64,000 nucleotides of DNA from Promethearchaeota archaeon (GTDB lineage Archaea; Asgardarchaeota; Lokiarchaeia; Sigyniarchaeales; SOKP01), in the NCBI GenBank assembly GCA_019058445.1, contig JAHPZA010000002.1, forward strand, positions 64,001-128,000, given 5' to 3'. Of this stretch, positions 20,413 to 30,742 are shown piece after piece. Position 1 is the stretch's first letter. The number at the start of each line of letters is the position of its first letter. A program made the position numbers and the translations under genes. A model generated the notes under the pieces. The model had not been told where the DNA came from, did no database searches, and saw only the letters and a program-made list of their open reading frames with translations.

Positions 20413-20708
20413 TCAGGTCTCACCTCTATCATTGTTATAGCATCCACCGGACATTCTTCCGCGCAAATCCCACATCCTTTACAATATTCTAAATCTATTT
20501 CAGGTGGGATAGTCCTAGTTACAACTGCCTCTGGACAATAAAGCCAACAATTAAAGCACGCAGCTTTTCCGGTTTTTGCGGGGATGCATTTTTTAAGGTC
20601 AATTATGGGTTTAAAATTACTCCAAGTCCCAGTTTTTCCAGCCTCACCTTTTACTGGTTTCTGAACCGAAGCTAATATCTTTTGATAATCTTTTTTTGAA
20701 TCCGTCAT
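20409..20708 (-). CDS. porD: 2-oxoacid:ferredoxin oxidoreductase delta subunit (2x4Fe-4S)
   Basis: KTGTW..FKP, CFNCWLYCP and YCKGCGICAEECP. Confidence 0.9.
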   Translation of the reverse strand: MTDSKKDYQKILASVQKPVKGEAGKTGTWSNFKPIIDLKKCIPAKTGKAACFNCWLYCPEAVVTRTIPPEIDLEYCKGCGICAEECPVDAITMIEVRPE

Positions 20709-20814
20709 AGTATCAACTAAATTAGACTATTCAAATATTAAAAGAATTAATAAATCTTGAAATAAAATTCTTTTTATTATTATTAAAAAGCACTTTCTTA
20801 AAATTAGGAATTCT

Positions 20815-21606
20815 TTATTCTTTAATGCTTTTTTGGCTTATTATATCCTGAACTGTGATTTCAGGATGATGATACCGTTGATTTTTTAATTTCACATCAC
20901 TATATTGAATTGATTTTTCGGGGCAATAATTAATACAGGCAGCACATCTTTGGCATTTATGTTGCCATTGTGGTACTCCTTCTACAAGTTTTATGTTATT
21001 AACGGGACAAATTTTTTCACATGTACCACATTGAGTGCAATTTTCATCTACATAAAACAACTCATCACTCTTGTAAACAGTTTTATGAAACTTATAATTA
21101 TGTTTTTCGAATGACTTCCTATTCCTTTCGCTTAATTCTATTTTAAGATGTTTCTGGTTATTATTTATAATTGTAGAGATCCTTTCAATTTCTCTAATCG
21201 AATTTTCAAATATTTGTTTTTGTAGAGTTTGAGGATCATTATGATAAAAGTTTGCAGGCATCCTAATAAAAAAGCCAGCGTTGAGAGTTTTAGATTTAGA
21301 TTTAAGAATTTCCTCTAACTGATGTAATGCCACGCAATCAAAATCACCGCCTTTTGTTACAACAGCAAAAAAGTAATTAGATTTGTCAATATCTATCTTA
21401 GTTATAAAATCAAAGATAATTTTAGGAAGTCCAAGGAAATAGAGAGGAAAAACAAAACCAATTTTTTCACTTGTTGAAGCAAGACTTTCCATTTGCCAAA
21501 TCTTTGCAATAGGTACTAATTCACATTCATCTAACTTGTTTGTGAGATCTCTTGCAATTTTTAAAGAATTGCCTGTTCCAGAAAAATAATAAATTGTGGT
21601 TTTCAT
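20815..21606 (-). CDS. EFR1-type ferredoxin (flavodoxin-like N-terminus plus 2x4Fe-4S)
   Basis: YYFSGTGNS, CTQCGTCEKICP and CQRCAACINYCP. Confidence 0.88.
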   Translation of the reverse strand: MKTTIYYFSGTGNSLKIARDLTNKLDECELVPIAKIWQMESLASTSEKIGFVFPLYFLGLPKIIFDFITKIDIDKSNYFFAVVTKGGDFDCVALHQLEEILKSKSKTLNAGFFIRMPANFYHNDPQTLQKQIFENSIREIERISTIINNNQKHLKIELSERNRKSFEKHNYKFHKTVYKSDELFYVDENCTQCGTCEKICPVNNIKLVEGVPQWQHKCQRCAACINYCPEKSIQYSDVKLKNQRYHHPEITVQDIISQKSIKE

Positions 21607-21647
21607 ATCTTCTCAAATAATTTATATCATATAAAAATAATAAAAAT

Positions 21648-22247
21648 TCATAATGTTTTTGCTAGTTTGAATCCTTCTTCGATTAATTCTATGTTCAATT
21701 TTGCTATTTCGTCACTCATCCTTTTTTGAACTACTTTATTTATATTATCTAAGCTAAGCTCTATTAATGAACGAGAAAGCAGACCTAAAATAGGTGTATT
21801 CACCATGGGAGCACCATCAATGATAAGTCCTCTTTCTAAAGCCAATTTATTGATATCAGCAACCACGATTTTGTTACTCTTAGATAGATTATATTTTTCT
21901 ACAAAAAATTGTGGCTCTTTATCAGAATTTATGATGAAAATTCCATTTTTATCTATTGAACTTGCAATAACTTGATTGAGAACAGTTTCATCTAGAACAA
22001 TAATGATGTTTGGGTATTCTATTGCAGCACGATCCCATATTTTATCCTTTCTTGAAAGCTTAGCAAAAGCCTGCACTGGAGTGCCTCTTCTTTCGGTTCC
22101 AAAAGTGGGATAGGCTTGAACGTCCACAAAATTACCACTTAAATATGCTGCCTCTGCGATTATTTCACACGCAGTTACCGCTCCCATGCCTCCACGCCCA
22201 ATAATTACAATACTTATCGTATCCCATTTATTATTATTTTCTGTCAT
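21648..22247 (-). CDS. porG: 2-oxoacid:ferredoxin oxidoreductase gamma subunit
   Basis: GRGGMGAVTA, YPTFGTERRGTPV and PMVNT. Confidence 0.9.
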   Translation of the reverse strand: MTENNNKWDTISIVIIGRGGMGAVTACEIIAEAAYLSGNFVDVQAYPTFGTERRGTPVQAFAKLSRKDKIWDRAAIEYPNIIIVLDETVLNQVIASSIDKNGIFIINSDKEPQFFVEKYNLSKSNKIVVADINKLALERGLIIDGAPMVNTPILGLLSRSLIELSLDNINKVVQKRMSDEIAKLNIELIEEGFKLAKTL

Positions 22248-22422
22248 TGAAAAGAACCTGATTCATTAAAATAAAAAATGAAAACATATGTTTTAATATG
22301 AAATACAATTAAAAATTAAAAAGTTTCCCTAATGAACCTTTTTCTAAAAAAAATAATAACGATAATAAAGGCAATGATCTTATTTATTAATCATAAAGTT
22401 TGTATTATGCTCATAAATTAAA

Positions 22423-23283
22423 TTGGTAAGAATGATGGTAAAGAAACATGAAATGGGATATTTTGAAGGACGTGAAAATAGGAAATTATTCTATCAAAAT
22501 TGGCTACCCGAAGGTAAGATTAGAGCATATGTAGTTGCTATGCATGATTGGGGTACTCATTCAGATAGAATGAAATATCCCGCTCAATACTTAACGGAAA
22601 AAGGGTATGCCATCTATACTTTTGATTTAAGGGGACATGGGAGAAATGCAGGCGAGTTCCCTGGGCATATAGACGATATGGATCATATCCAAAAGGATAT
22701 TGTTCTTTTTATGGATTTAGTTAAAAATATTGCACGAGATAGAAAAATATTTATTATGGGGCATGGTTTTGGCGGATTAAGTAGCTTAATCTATGCTATT
22801 CATCGTCCTGCATTGCCAGGAGTTCTAGTATCGTCTCCTGTGTTAGGATTGTTAAAAAAATCTTCTGTTGGAAAAAATTTATCTAAAAAATTTTCTGGAT
22901 CCCTTTCAAAATTAGCGCCAACTAAAACTATAGAATGGAATATCGATCAAAATCAATTAACTGGTGATTTAAAAATCTTGCGAGAACACATTGCTGACAA
23001 ACAAAAAACAGAGGTGATTTCAGTTAAATCTGCTGCAGAAATGAATAATGCTATGAAATGGACGATGAAAAATGCTCCAAAACTTTTATGTCCGGTCTTA
23101 TTAATGCAAGCGGGTAATGATAAAATAGTAGACAAAGGAAGAACCAAGGACTTTTTTAGTAAAATTAAATGTGAAGATAAAATGTATAAAGAATACGATG
23201 GATTTTTACATGAATTATGGAATGAACGAGGACGTGCTCAAGTTTATCAGGATATGTTTATCTGGTTAGAGAAACACCTTTAA
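22423..23283 (+). CDS. Lysophospholipase/monoglyceride-lipase-like alpha/beta hydrolase lacking the catalytic Ser
   Basis: FDLRGHG, GHGFGG in place of GHSxGG, GNDKIV, YDGFLHEL. Confidence 0.8.
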   Translation: MVRMMVKKHEMGYFEGRENRKLFYQNWLPEGKIRAYVVAMHDWGTHSDRMKYPAQYLTEKGYAIYTFDLRGHGRNAGEFPGHIDDMDHIQKDIVLFMDLVKNIARDRKIFIMGHGFGGLSSLIYAIHRPALPGVLVSSPVLGLLKKSSVGKNLSKKFSGSLSKLAPTKTIEWNIDQNQLTGDLKILREHIADKQKTEVISVKSAAEMNNAMKWTMKNAPKLLCPVLLMQAGNDKIVDKGRTKDFFSKIKCEDKMYKEYDGFLHELWNERGRAQVYQDMFIWLEKHL

Positions 23284-23304
23284 AAAAAAAAATTGAAAAC
23301 TTAT

Positions 23305-24204
23305 TTACAAACCAAACAATTTTTTTGCATTTTCTCCAAGAATTTTATTCTTTTCATCTTCGGTAAATTCAGGTAGGCCCATCATTTTCATGGGAGGAGG
23401 GAGTTTCATCTTTTTAATTCCATCCACATATTCTTTTAAAGATAAAATTGATGTGAATAAAGGCCAATCTGTACCAAATAGTATCTTATTTATACCACAT
23501 GTCATCTTGGCTTCGATAAGAGTCTCATAAAATGCAAATGGGGCCATTTTCAAATGAGGTTCCCATGCGGAAATATCTAAATAGACATTAGAATTTTTTG
23601 TGGCAACAGCAATAGCTTCTTTAGTCCATGGATCACCTATATGTGCCATAATAAAGTTGATTTTTGGAAAGTCGGTTGCGACTTTATCAACGTACACTGG
23701 TCTACAATATTTAAGGTAAGTACCAGTAGGGCCCAACCCGGTATGACATAATATAGTAGCTCCAAGTTCTTCTACACGCTCGTAAAAAGGATAAAATTTT
23801 AAATCATCTGGATAAAAACCGGTAAGGGTCCAAAATTTAACTCCACTACATCCTAAATCATTTATACATCTTTCCAACTCCTTAATTGCTTCTTCTCCTC
23901 TCCGAGGATCAATACCTGCAAAACCGATAAATCTATCAGGATAGTTGCGCATATACTTTGCCAATAAATCATTGTATTCCTTATAGGTGACCCTAGATCT
24001 AAAAATAAATTCACCATCTAAAGCAAGCAACACAGTTTTATCGATTCCAGCTTCGTCCATTTCTCTGATTAATCTTTCAGCATCACCATTTGAAAGAAGA
24101 GAATACTCAAAATTAAACTGCTTCGCAATTGCACTTAAAACTTCTTTAAAATCATCAGAGACTAAATCTGCCTCCCAAAAATGACAATGAGCATCAATAA
24201 TCAA
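23305..24204 (-). CDS. Amidohydrolase (Amidohydro_2 type)
   Basis: IDAHCH, HTG, MAHIG and FGTDWP motifs; likely TTG start 5 nt after GAGGTGA. Confidence 0.88.
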   Translation of the reverse strand: MIIDAHCHFWEADLVSDDFKEVLSAIAKQFNFEYSLLSNGDAERLIREMDEAGIDKTVLLALDGEFIFRSRVTYKEYNDLLAKYMRNYPDRFIGFAGIDPRRGEEAIKELERCINDLGCSGVKFWTLTGFYPDDLKFYPFYERVEELGATILCHTGLGPTGTYLKYCRPVYVDKVATDFPKINFIMAHIGDPWTKEAIAVATKNSNVYLDISAWEPHLKMAPFAFYETLIEAKMTCGINKILFGTDWPLFTSILSLKEYVDGIKKMKLPPPMKMMGLPEFTEDEKNKILGENAKKLFGL

Positions 24205-24381
24205 AAATATCACCTCATATTTTTTTTCTAATTAAAATCTGGTTATTTTTTAAATTTGAATAGAAAATCTAAAATATTTTTTGATAAAATTGGATTAATT
24301 AATTCTAATTGACCATTATATATAAACTAAATTCTCTAAATATCTAAAATGAGAGAGAAATTTATTAATTAACTTATATCT

Positions 24382-24549
24382 TCAGGGATATCTCTTATAT
24401 AAATCTTGGATGATGTCTTCCAGTTCTTTTATGGTTTTTCTTTCCCCATACGCTATTTTACCACATTCATCTTCTAAATTCATGCACGATTTAATATATG
24501 CTTTATTCATTATCGTGAGCATTACTTTCGTAAAGAATAGGAAGGGCAT
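24382..24549 (-). pseudogene. Diverged duplicate of the last 55 codons of the enoyl-CoA hydratase gene (25937-26101)
   Basis: 149/165 nt identical by hand alignment; reads MPFLFFTKVMLTIMNKAYIKSCMNLEDECGKIAYGERKTIKELEDIIQDLYKRYP*. Confidence 0.9.
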
Positions 24550-24575
24550 CTTTAATAAAAAAATGTAAAATTGTA

Positions 24576-25757
24576 TTAAGAAGCGATTCTTAAAAAGAAT
24601 TCTTTTGGAGGTGCTCCTTTCGACTTGGATATGAACATTCCTAACAATTGTTCCCTAAATTCCTCATCTTGTTCGGCAATTTCTAGCATTCTATTTAAAC
24701 TTCTTCCTTCATTCTCGTAAAAGAATTTCATCAATGAGCTTTTTAATTTGAAAGTTCTTGAGATCTCCTTAATATCGGGGTGAGTTTTATACTTTCTTAA
24801 AATGATTTTTGAATAATCCTCTTTTTCTAACGCATCAATCGCTATTTCTGCAGCCGCTTTACCTGAAGCAATTGCTGTATGAATACCTTCTCCATTTATT
24901 GGCGATATAAATCCTCCAACATCTCCAACAAGTAATAGATTATCATCATATAAACTTTTATCCAATATCCCAGTTACGGGAAATGGATAAGCTCCAGACC
25001 AAATTATTTTACATTTTGAAGCTTTTACATATTTTTGAATATTCGGATTTTTAAGAAATTCATTATACACAGTATGCAAATTATATTTAAGATTGTCTTC
25101 CGAAAAGGTGTAAACACCAATATTGAATCTGTTTTTACCTATTGGGAAGATCCATCCGTATCCTTTATAAGGTTTAAAATAAATATAGATAAGATTTTCA
25201 TTCAAATTATTCTCACCTTCCATAATTGCACATTTAGCATTTGCAATTTCTTCTATTTTCCATTTTTTTCTCAAACCGGATTTTATAGCTAATCTGGAGC
25301 TCATTCCTTCAGCAATAATAAAAATTTTTCCATAATACACTTTAGTTCCCTCTGGGCTTTTAGTTTTAATTCCTATCCTTTTTCCGTCCTTTAGAATAAA
25401 ATCGGTTGATATATTTTTATCAAAAAGTTTAGATCCAACATCTACGGCGGAATCTCTCAAAAAATTGTCAAATTCTAAACGATCAATAATTATAGAATAT
25501 TTTTGCTTCTCAACATAAGCTTCAATTTTGTGAAAGTCCGCACTATATAGTTCAATTCCCTTAATTAATGGAATATTTAATTTTCTTAATTCAGGATAAA
25601 AATTAAGTACTCGATAATTAAGAGCCCCACCACAAGGTTTCCTCCAGTTGGAATCTTTTTCAATTAAAGCAACATTATATCCGGCTTTAGCAAGGACCTC
25701 AGCACATTGAGAACCTGAAGGTCCTGCTCCAGAGATTACAACATCAAATTTGATTAT
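24576..25757 (-). CDS. Geranylgeranyl reductase family FAD-dependent oxidoreductase
   Basis: The frame stays open 99 codons upstream of the ORF-track start and encodes FDVVISGAGPSGS and KPCGG; GYGWIFP, VGDVGG and GEGI follow downstream. Confidence 0.88.
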   Translation of the reverse strand: MIKFDVVISGAGPSGSQCAEVLAKAGYNVALIEKDSNWRKPCGGALNYRVLNFYPELRKLNIPLIKGIELYSADFHKIEAYVEKQKYSIIIDRLEFDNFLRDSAVDVGSKLFDKNISTDFILKDGKRIGIKTKSPEGTKVYYGKIFIIAEGMSSRLAIKSGLRKKWKIEEIANAKCAIMEGENNLNENLIYIYFKPYKGYGWIFPIGKNRFNIGVYTFSEDNLKYNLHTVYNEFLKNPNIQKYVKASKCKIIWSGAYPFPVTGILDKSLYDDNLLLVGDVGGFISPINGEGIHTAIASGKAAAEIAIDALEKEDYSKIILRKYKTHPDIKEISRTFKLKSSLMKFFYENEGRSLNRMLEIAEQDEEFREQLLGMFISKSKGAPPKEFFLRIAS

Positions 25758-25936
25758 TGGTTCACCTCATAAAATCTTAGATATTTAATATTTATAGTTT
25801 GAATTATTTAAATCTACACGAGAAAACTTTGTAATAATTATCGCCCTTTATTATTAAAGCATTATGATCATTCTGAAAAAACTTCAAATACAATTAGATT
25901 GTATTTCTTTGAATTGAAAAAAAAAAAGTTCTGTTA

Positions 25937-26725
25937 TTAGGGGTATCTCTTATATAAATCTTGGATGATGTCTTCCAGCTGTTTCATGGTTTTTCTTTCC
26001 CCGTAGGCTATTTTTCCACATTCGTCTTCTAAATCCATGCATGATTTGATATATGCTTTATTCATAATCATAAGCATTACTTTCGTAAAGAATAGGAAAG
26101 GGGTTTGAATTTTACAAAGATCTTTCGCAAATGATAGTGTGTCCTCATCAAGCGTTTCCTTTGGAAATATCCTTGTGGGGAAATTTATGTTCTTTAATTC
26201 TTCTAAACCGATATTATCACCAGTAAAAAGGAATTTCTTCGCATTACTAAATCCAAAAGCTAATAAAGGCATGAGGGTTGCGCCAGTTTGCGGGAAAGCG
26301 GAGATAACAAGCTCTGGCAATCTAATATAGAGTTCTTCTTTCGGTCTGTCAGCAAAAATCCTTAAATCCGATGCTACCATCATCAATACTCCGAAGCCAA
26401 CAGCAATCCCTTGACATTGGGTAATGACTGTTTTTTTCATGAGCATTATTTTCTCATTCACTTTCCTACCCCAGATTGTTACTTGCTTTACATTCTCAGG
26501 ATCTCCTTGAACTTGCTTTAGATCATAACCCGCAGAAAAGAATCTATCCCCTGTACTCCTAATAATTATACACTTCACTTTCTCATCTTCATCTGCTTTG
26601 CTTAACGTGTCATAGAGTGTCATTAACATTTCAATAGTAAAAGCATGTGCCTTTTCCGGCCGATTAATTGTGATAATAGCAACACATCTTTTTACTTCAT
26701 ATAAAAGATTTTCTTGATCGCTCAT
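25937..26725 (-). CDS. Enoyl-CoA hydratase/isomerase (crotonase) family protein
   Basis: ITINRPEKAHA, FFSAGYDL, GIAVGFG and LPE motifs. Confidence 0.88.
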   Translation of the reverse strand: MSDQENLLYEVKRCVAIITINRPEKAHAFTIEMLMTLYDTLSKADEDEKVKCIIIRSTGDRFFSAGYDLKQVQGDPENVKQVTIWGRKVNEKIMLMKKTVITQCQGIAVGFGVLMMVASDLRIFADRPKEELYIRLPELVISAFPQTGATLMPLLAFGFSNAKKFLFTGDNIGLEELKNINFPTRIFPKETLDEDTLSFAKDLCKIQTPFLFFTKVMLMIMNKAYIKSCMDLEDECGKIAYGERKTMKQLEDIIQDLYKRYP

Positions 26726-26944
26726 ATTTATCTAAACTTAAAATGAAATTTAAAATGTTTTAAAATTCAACCCAAGAAATAATAATACTAACCTTAGATG
26801 ATAAATTTTCGATGATTTATTGGACTCTTAATAATAAAATATCTAATTTACTTCTTGATTATTGATATTAAAAATTTAACAATTACTATTAAAAAAAATC
26901 ATTTCAATTAATTATTGTACTAAAACATCATTTACTTTTCTAAA

Positions 26945-29830
26945 ATGCCCTTGGAAGATTTAAATTTTAAGGATCTTACGCCTATGATGCGTCATTGGTT
27001 CTCAGTGAAAAAGCAGTATCCTGAACATTTACTTGCTTATCGAATGGGAGATTTTTATGAGTTCTTTTATGATGATGCTGAACGGGTTTCTAATTTATTA
27101 GGCATAACCTTAACAAAACGGAAAATAGGTAATGATAGTTACCCTCTCGCGGGAATACCATATCATGCCGGGCATTATTTAAATAATTTAGTTAATATGG
27201 GTCAAACGGTAGTTATTGTTGATCAACTTGAGGACCCATCTACCGTAAAGGGGCGTATCGTGAAACGGGGAGTCGTGAGAATCTTATCTCCTGGAACTAT
27301 AACAGAATATGATATGCTACGGCCCCATGAAAATAATTATATCGCTTCGATGGTTAAGGAAAGAAATGGATATGGCATCGCGTTGGCGGACTTATCTACG
27401 GGTGAATTTGTTGCGACTGAATTTTCTTCAAAAGAGGAGGATCCTTTAGAGAAATTACTTAGTTTATTTGCTCAATATGATCCAGTAGAATTAATAGTGC
27501 CTTCAGAAATAAAAAAGGACGAGAAGCTTTTTCTCCTTATCACAGATTTAACAGAGGCCATAATAAAGCATTACAATGATTATGTGTTTACTTATGAGGA
27601 GGCCTATAGTTTAATTACACGCCACTTTAATCTTTCGAACTTAAAAAGCTTTGACCTAGAAGATTCTCATATGGCAGTTCAAGCCGCTGGGGGCCTTCTA
27701 GCCTTTTTAAAGGAAACTCAAAGGGATATCATTCCCAACATTTTTAAAATAACTCTGCTAAAAGAAGAGAATACTTTACATTTAGATTATATTACTCAAA
27801 GAAATCTTGAATTAATTACTTCTTTATGGGAAAAAGGAAAAGATATCACTTTATATTCCATTTTCAATCACACCCATACACCAATGGGTGCACGCTTATT
27901 AAAAAAATTTATTTTGCAACCATTAATCAGTACTGAGGAAATCAATGAACGGCTTAATATTGTACAAAAATTCAAGGATGATATTTTTCTTAGATCTGAT
28001 TTAAGAGAAGAATTAAAAATTATTGGTGATCTCGAGAGATTTATTAATCGAGTGAATTACTCTAAGAGGACTAACGCACGAGATTTGCTCAATATAAAAA
28101 ATTCCTTAGAAAAAATCCCAAAAATCAAAGAATTATTAGAAAAAGCAGAAATTCCTGAAATCTCTAAATTTGTTGCAAAAATTAATCTTTTTGATGATGT
28201 GAGAGAATTAATAGATAATGCAATCAAGGAAGAACCTTCTCAAAAAATAACAGAAGGCAATATCATTAAAGATGAATATAATGATAAGGTTGATGAATTA
28301 AGAGATCTTCTCCATAATGGAAAAAAGTACCTTTTAGATTATGAGGAGGAACAAAAAAAAAGATGGAACCTCACTTCAGGGCTCAAGGTAGGACATAATA
28401 ACATTCTTGGTTATTATATCCAGATTACCCAGAGAACTCTCCAACTAATTCCGACTATCCCCGAAGATTATATTGAAAGATCCACCTTAAAAAATGCGAA
28501 GAGGTTTACTACTGAAAAATTAAAAGAACTTGAGGAAAAAATAGTTACCGCAGAAGAAAAAATTAATGATTTAGAATACGAGCTATTTTGTGAGGTAAGA
28601 GATAAGGTTGTTCAAAAGACTGTCGATATTTTAGAAACTGCGAAAAATATTGCCATTATTGATGTGTTAGCTTGTTTTGCAGAAATTTCTGAAAGAAATA
28701 ATTATTGTCGTCCAATTATCAACAATGAAAATAAATTAATTATAAAAGAAGGTCGTCATCCTGTCGTTGAGCAAATAAATCTTGCGGAGCAATTTATTCC
28801 TAATGATTGCTATTTAGATCCTGAAAGTGATCAACTTCTAATAATAACTGGGCCGAATATGGCTGGTAAAAGCACTTATTTAAGGCAAGTTGCGTTAATA
28901 TGTTTAATCGCCCAAATGGGATGTTTTGTTCCAGCGAAATCTGCAACTCTTGGTGTAATAGATCATATTTTTACGCGTATTGGTGCCTCAGATGATCTTG
29001 CTAGGAAACTGAGCACATTCATGATTGAAATGACCGAGACGGCTAAAATATTGAATTATGCGACTCCGAAAAGCCTTATAATAATTGATGAGCTTGGTCG
29101 CGGTACAAGTACCAGTGATGGACAGAGCATTGCAATGGCAACATTAGAAAAATTACATGATTTAAAGACAAAAACTCTTTTTAGTACCCATTATCATCAA
29201 TTGACTGAAATAAAATTGCCTCGGGTAAAGAATTATCATCTCGATATAATTGAGAATGAGGATGGGAGCATTAATTTTGTAAGAAAACTCAGAGAAGGGA
29301 GTACTGATAAATCCTATGGGATTCATGTTGCGAAATTAGCGGGTATACCTGATGACGTAATAATAAGAGCGTTTGAAATTTTAGAGCAAATAGAAGCGAA
29401 AGATCCATTTAAAACCACTGTAAGGGAAAATGGAAACGGGACGAATTCGGGGAAAATTTATGATAAGATGATAAGTGGGAAGAAAAAAGAACTCGAAAGG
29501 CTAAATTCTGAATTAAAAGGGATTAAGGCAGAACTTAGCAAATATGATGAAGATTTAAGAAAAAAAGAAAAGGAATTAGATGTGAAAAAAGTAGAAGTAA
29601 CAGAATTAAAAGAACAACTTGAAAAAACTCAAACTATAACTCTTAAGAAGAAAAAGTATGTACAAACTACATTTTTTAAACCAGTTGTGAAGAAAGAGAC
29701 GATAATGGATAAAGATCTTGAAAATTTATTAGATATAATTAAGGAAATAGATATCAATTCAATTACGCCTATAGATGCTATGAAAAAATTGAGTGAAATC
29801 AAGGAAAAGTTAGGGGAGTTGAATTCATGA
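26945..29830 (+). CDS. mutS: DNA mismatch repair protein MutS (MutS1)
   Basis: TPMM, RMGDFYE, TGPNMAGKST, DELGRGT and STHYH motifs. Confidence 0.97.
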   Translation: MPLEDLNFKDLTPMMRHWFSVKKQYPEHLLAYRMGDFYEFFYDDAERVSNLLGITLTKRKIGNDSYPLAGIPYHAGHYLNNLVNMGQTVVIVDQLEDPSTVKGRIVKRGVVRILSPGTITEYDMLRPHENNYIASMVKERNGYGIALADLSTGEFVATEFSSKEEDPLEKLLSLFAQYDPVELIVPSEIKKDEKLFLLITDLTEAIIKHYNDYVFTYEEAYSLITRHFNLSNLKSFDLEDSHMAVQAAGGLLAFLKETQRDIIPNIFKITLLKEENTLHLDYITQRNLELITSLWEKGKDITLYSIFNHTHTPMGARLLKKFILQPLISTEEINERLNIVQKFKDDIFLRSDLREELKIIGDLERFINRVNYSKRTNARDLLNIKNSLEKIPKIKELLEKAEIPEISKFVAKINLFDDVRELIDNAIKEEPSQKITEGNIIKDEYNDKVDELRDLLHNGKKYLLDYEEEQKKRWNLTSGLKVGHNNILGYYIQITQRTLQLIPTIPEDYIERSTLKNAKRFTTEKLKELEEKIVTAEEKINDLEYELFCEVRDKVVQKTVDILETAKNIAIIDVLACFAEISERNNYCRPIINNENKLIIKEGRHPVVEQINLAEQFIPNDCYLDPESDQLLIITGPNMAGKSTYLRQVALICLIAQMGCFVPAKSATLGVIDHIFTRIGASDDLARKLSTFMIEMTETAKILNYATPKSLIIIDELGRGTSTSDGQSIAMATLEKLHDLKTKTLFSTHYHQLTEIKLPRVKNYHLDIIENEDGSINFVRKLREGSTDKSYGIHVAKLAGIPDDVIIRAFEILEQIEAKDPFKTTVRENGNGTNSGKIYDKMISGKKKELERLNSELKGIKAELSKYDEDLRKKEKELDVKKVEVTELKEQLEKTQTITLKKKKYVQTTFFKPVVKKETIMDKDLENLLDIIKEIDINSITPIDAMKKLSEIKEKLGELNS

Positions 29831-30742
29831 GAGAACAATAGGAATTACAAAAACAATTACAGTCAGATATATATAATATCCTACTAAAATTGGTAGTATG
29901 CATCTATTAAACTGCTTTTTTCGTTTATCACTATTGAGATTTTCAATAAATATTAATATAAACAAGCTTATAGTCATTAAATGCGAGGGCTGTAAAGCTT
30001 TCCAAAATATGGAATCATAAATAGTAATGCCTTTGACATATTCATCAGAATAAAGCCAATTTCCCAACATTTGCATGAAATAGTTAGGAAAGATGATATA
30101 GGGAATACACATAAGAAAAAAAGGAATTAAATAGTACTTGAGATCTTTTATGCTAATTTTTTTGGTAATAACTAATAAAGGGAGAAAAATTATTGAATTT
30201 ATCTTGAAAGTAGCTAATACAAAACAGATCCCCGAAAGCCATTTTCTATCATGCTCCAATGAGTGATAAGATAGAAAAAGAAAAAAAGTGATTAAGAAAT
30301 TGCAGTTATTATAAAATGCATCTAAACCATAGCTAATTGAACTTAAGACATAAAAAATAAATAAATCAGTTTGCCTTTTGAATATTTTGGGTGCTTCATC
30401 TGCAATAAATATCCCAATTATTAATCTTAAAAGATCCCATATAACAACTCCAATCTCAACAGGAAGTAAATACATTGGATAAAAGAGAAAATACCAAAAA
30501 TAGAGGTAATAAGGAGGCCAATCAGAACCCTCCACAGGATCATAGAAATTAACCAATCCATTATCCATCCCTCTAATTAGCAAATTATAATCATAATCTT
30601 TAGCAGTTTCAATTATTTGAGGAAATTCAAATAAAGAGAATAGTATTCTGAATGTGATGAGGGTAATGGTAACCGTGATGAGAATGCATATAAACATCTG
30701 ATGAAATGGATATTCACTTTCCTCATTCATTAAGTCGTTCAT
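29825..30742 (-). CDS. GT-C (GT87/DUF2029-like) membrane glycosyltransferase
   Basis: Multi-TM protein; D..L...G..FY...PPYY, N.N and LATFK pattern. Confidence 0.6.
   Translation of the reverse strand: MNDLMNEESEYPFHQMFICILITVTITLITFRILFSLFEFPQIIETAKDYDYNLLIRGMDNGLVNFYDPVEGSDWPPYYLYFWYFLFYPMYLLPVEIGVVIWDLLRLIIGIFIADEAPKIFKRQTDLFIFYVLSSISYGLDAFYNNCNFLITFFLFLSYHSLEHDRKWLSGICFVLATFKINSIIFLPLLVITKKISIKDLKYYLIPFFLMCIPYIIFPNYFMQMLGNWLYSDEYVKGITIYDSIFWKALQPSHLMTISLFILIFIENLNSDKRKKQFNRCILPILVGYYIYLTVIVFVIPIVLS

Noticed and set aside
20709-20814. Possible porG/porD remnant next to the EFR1 gene
   Set aside because: No convincing alignment to either gene end.
24382-26101. Diversity-generating retroelement TR/VR pair
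   Set aside because: Mismatches are not adenine-specific, are mostly synonymous third positions, and no reverse transcriptase is present in the window.
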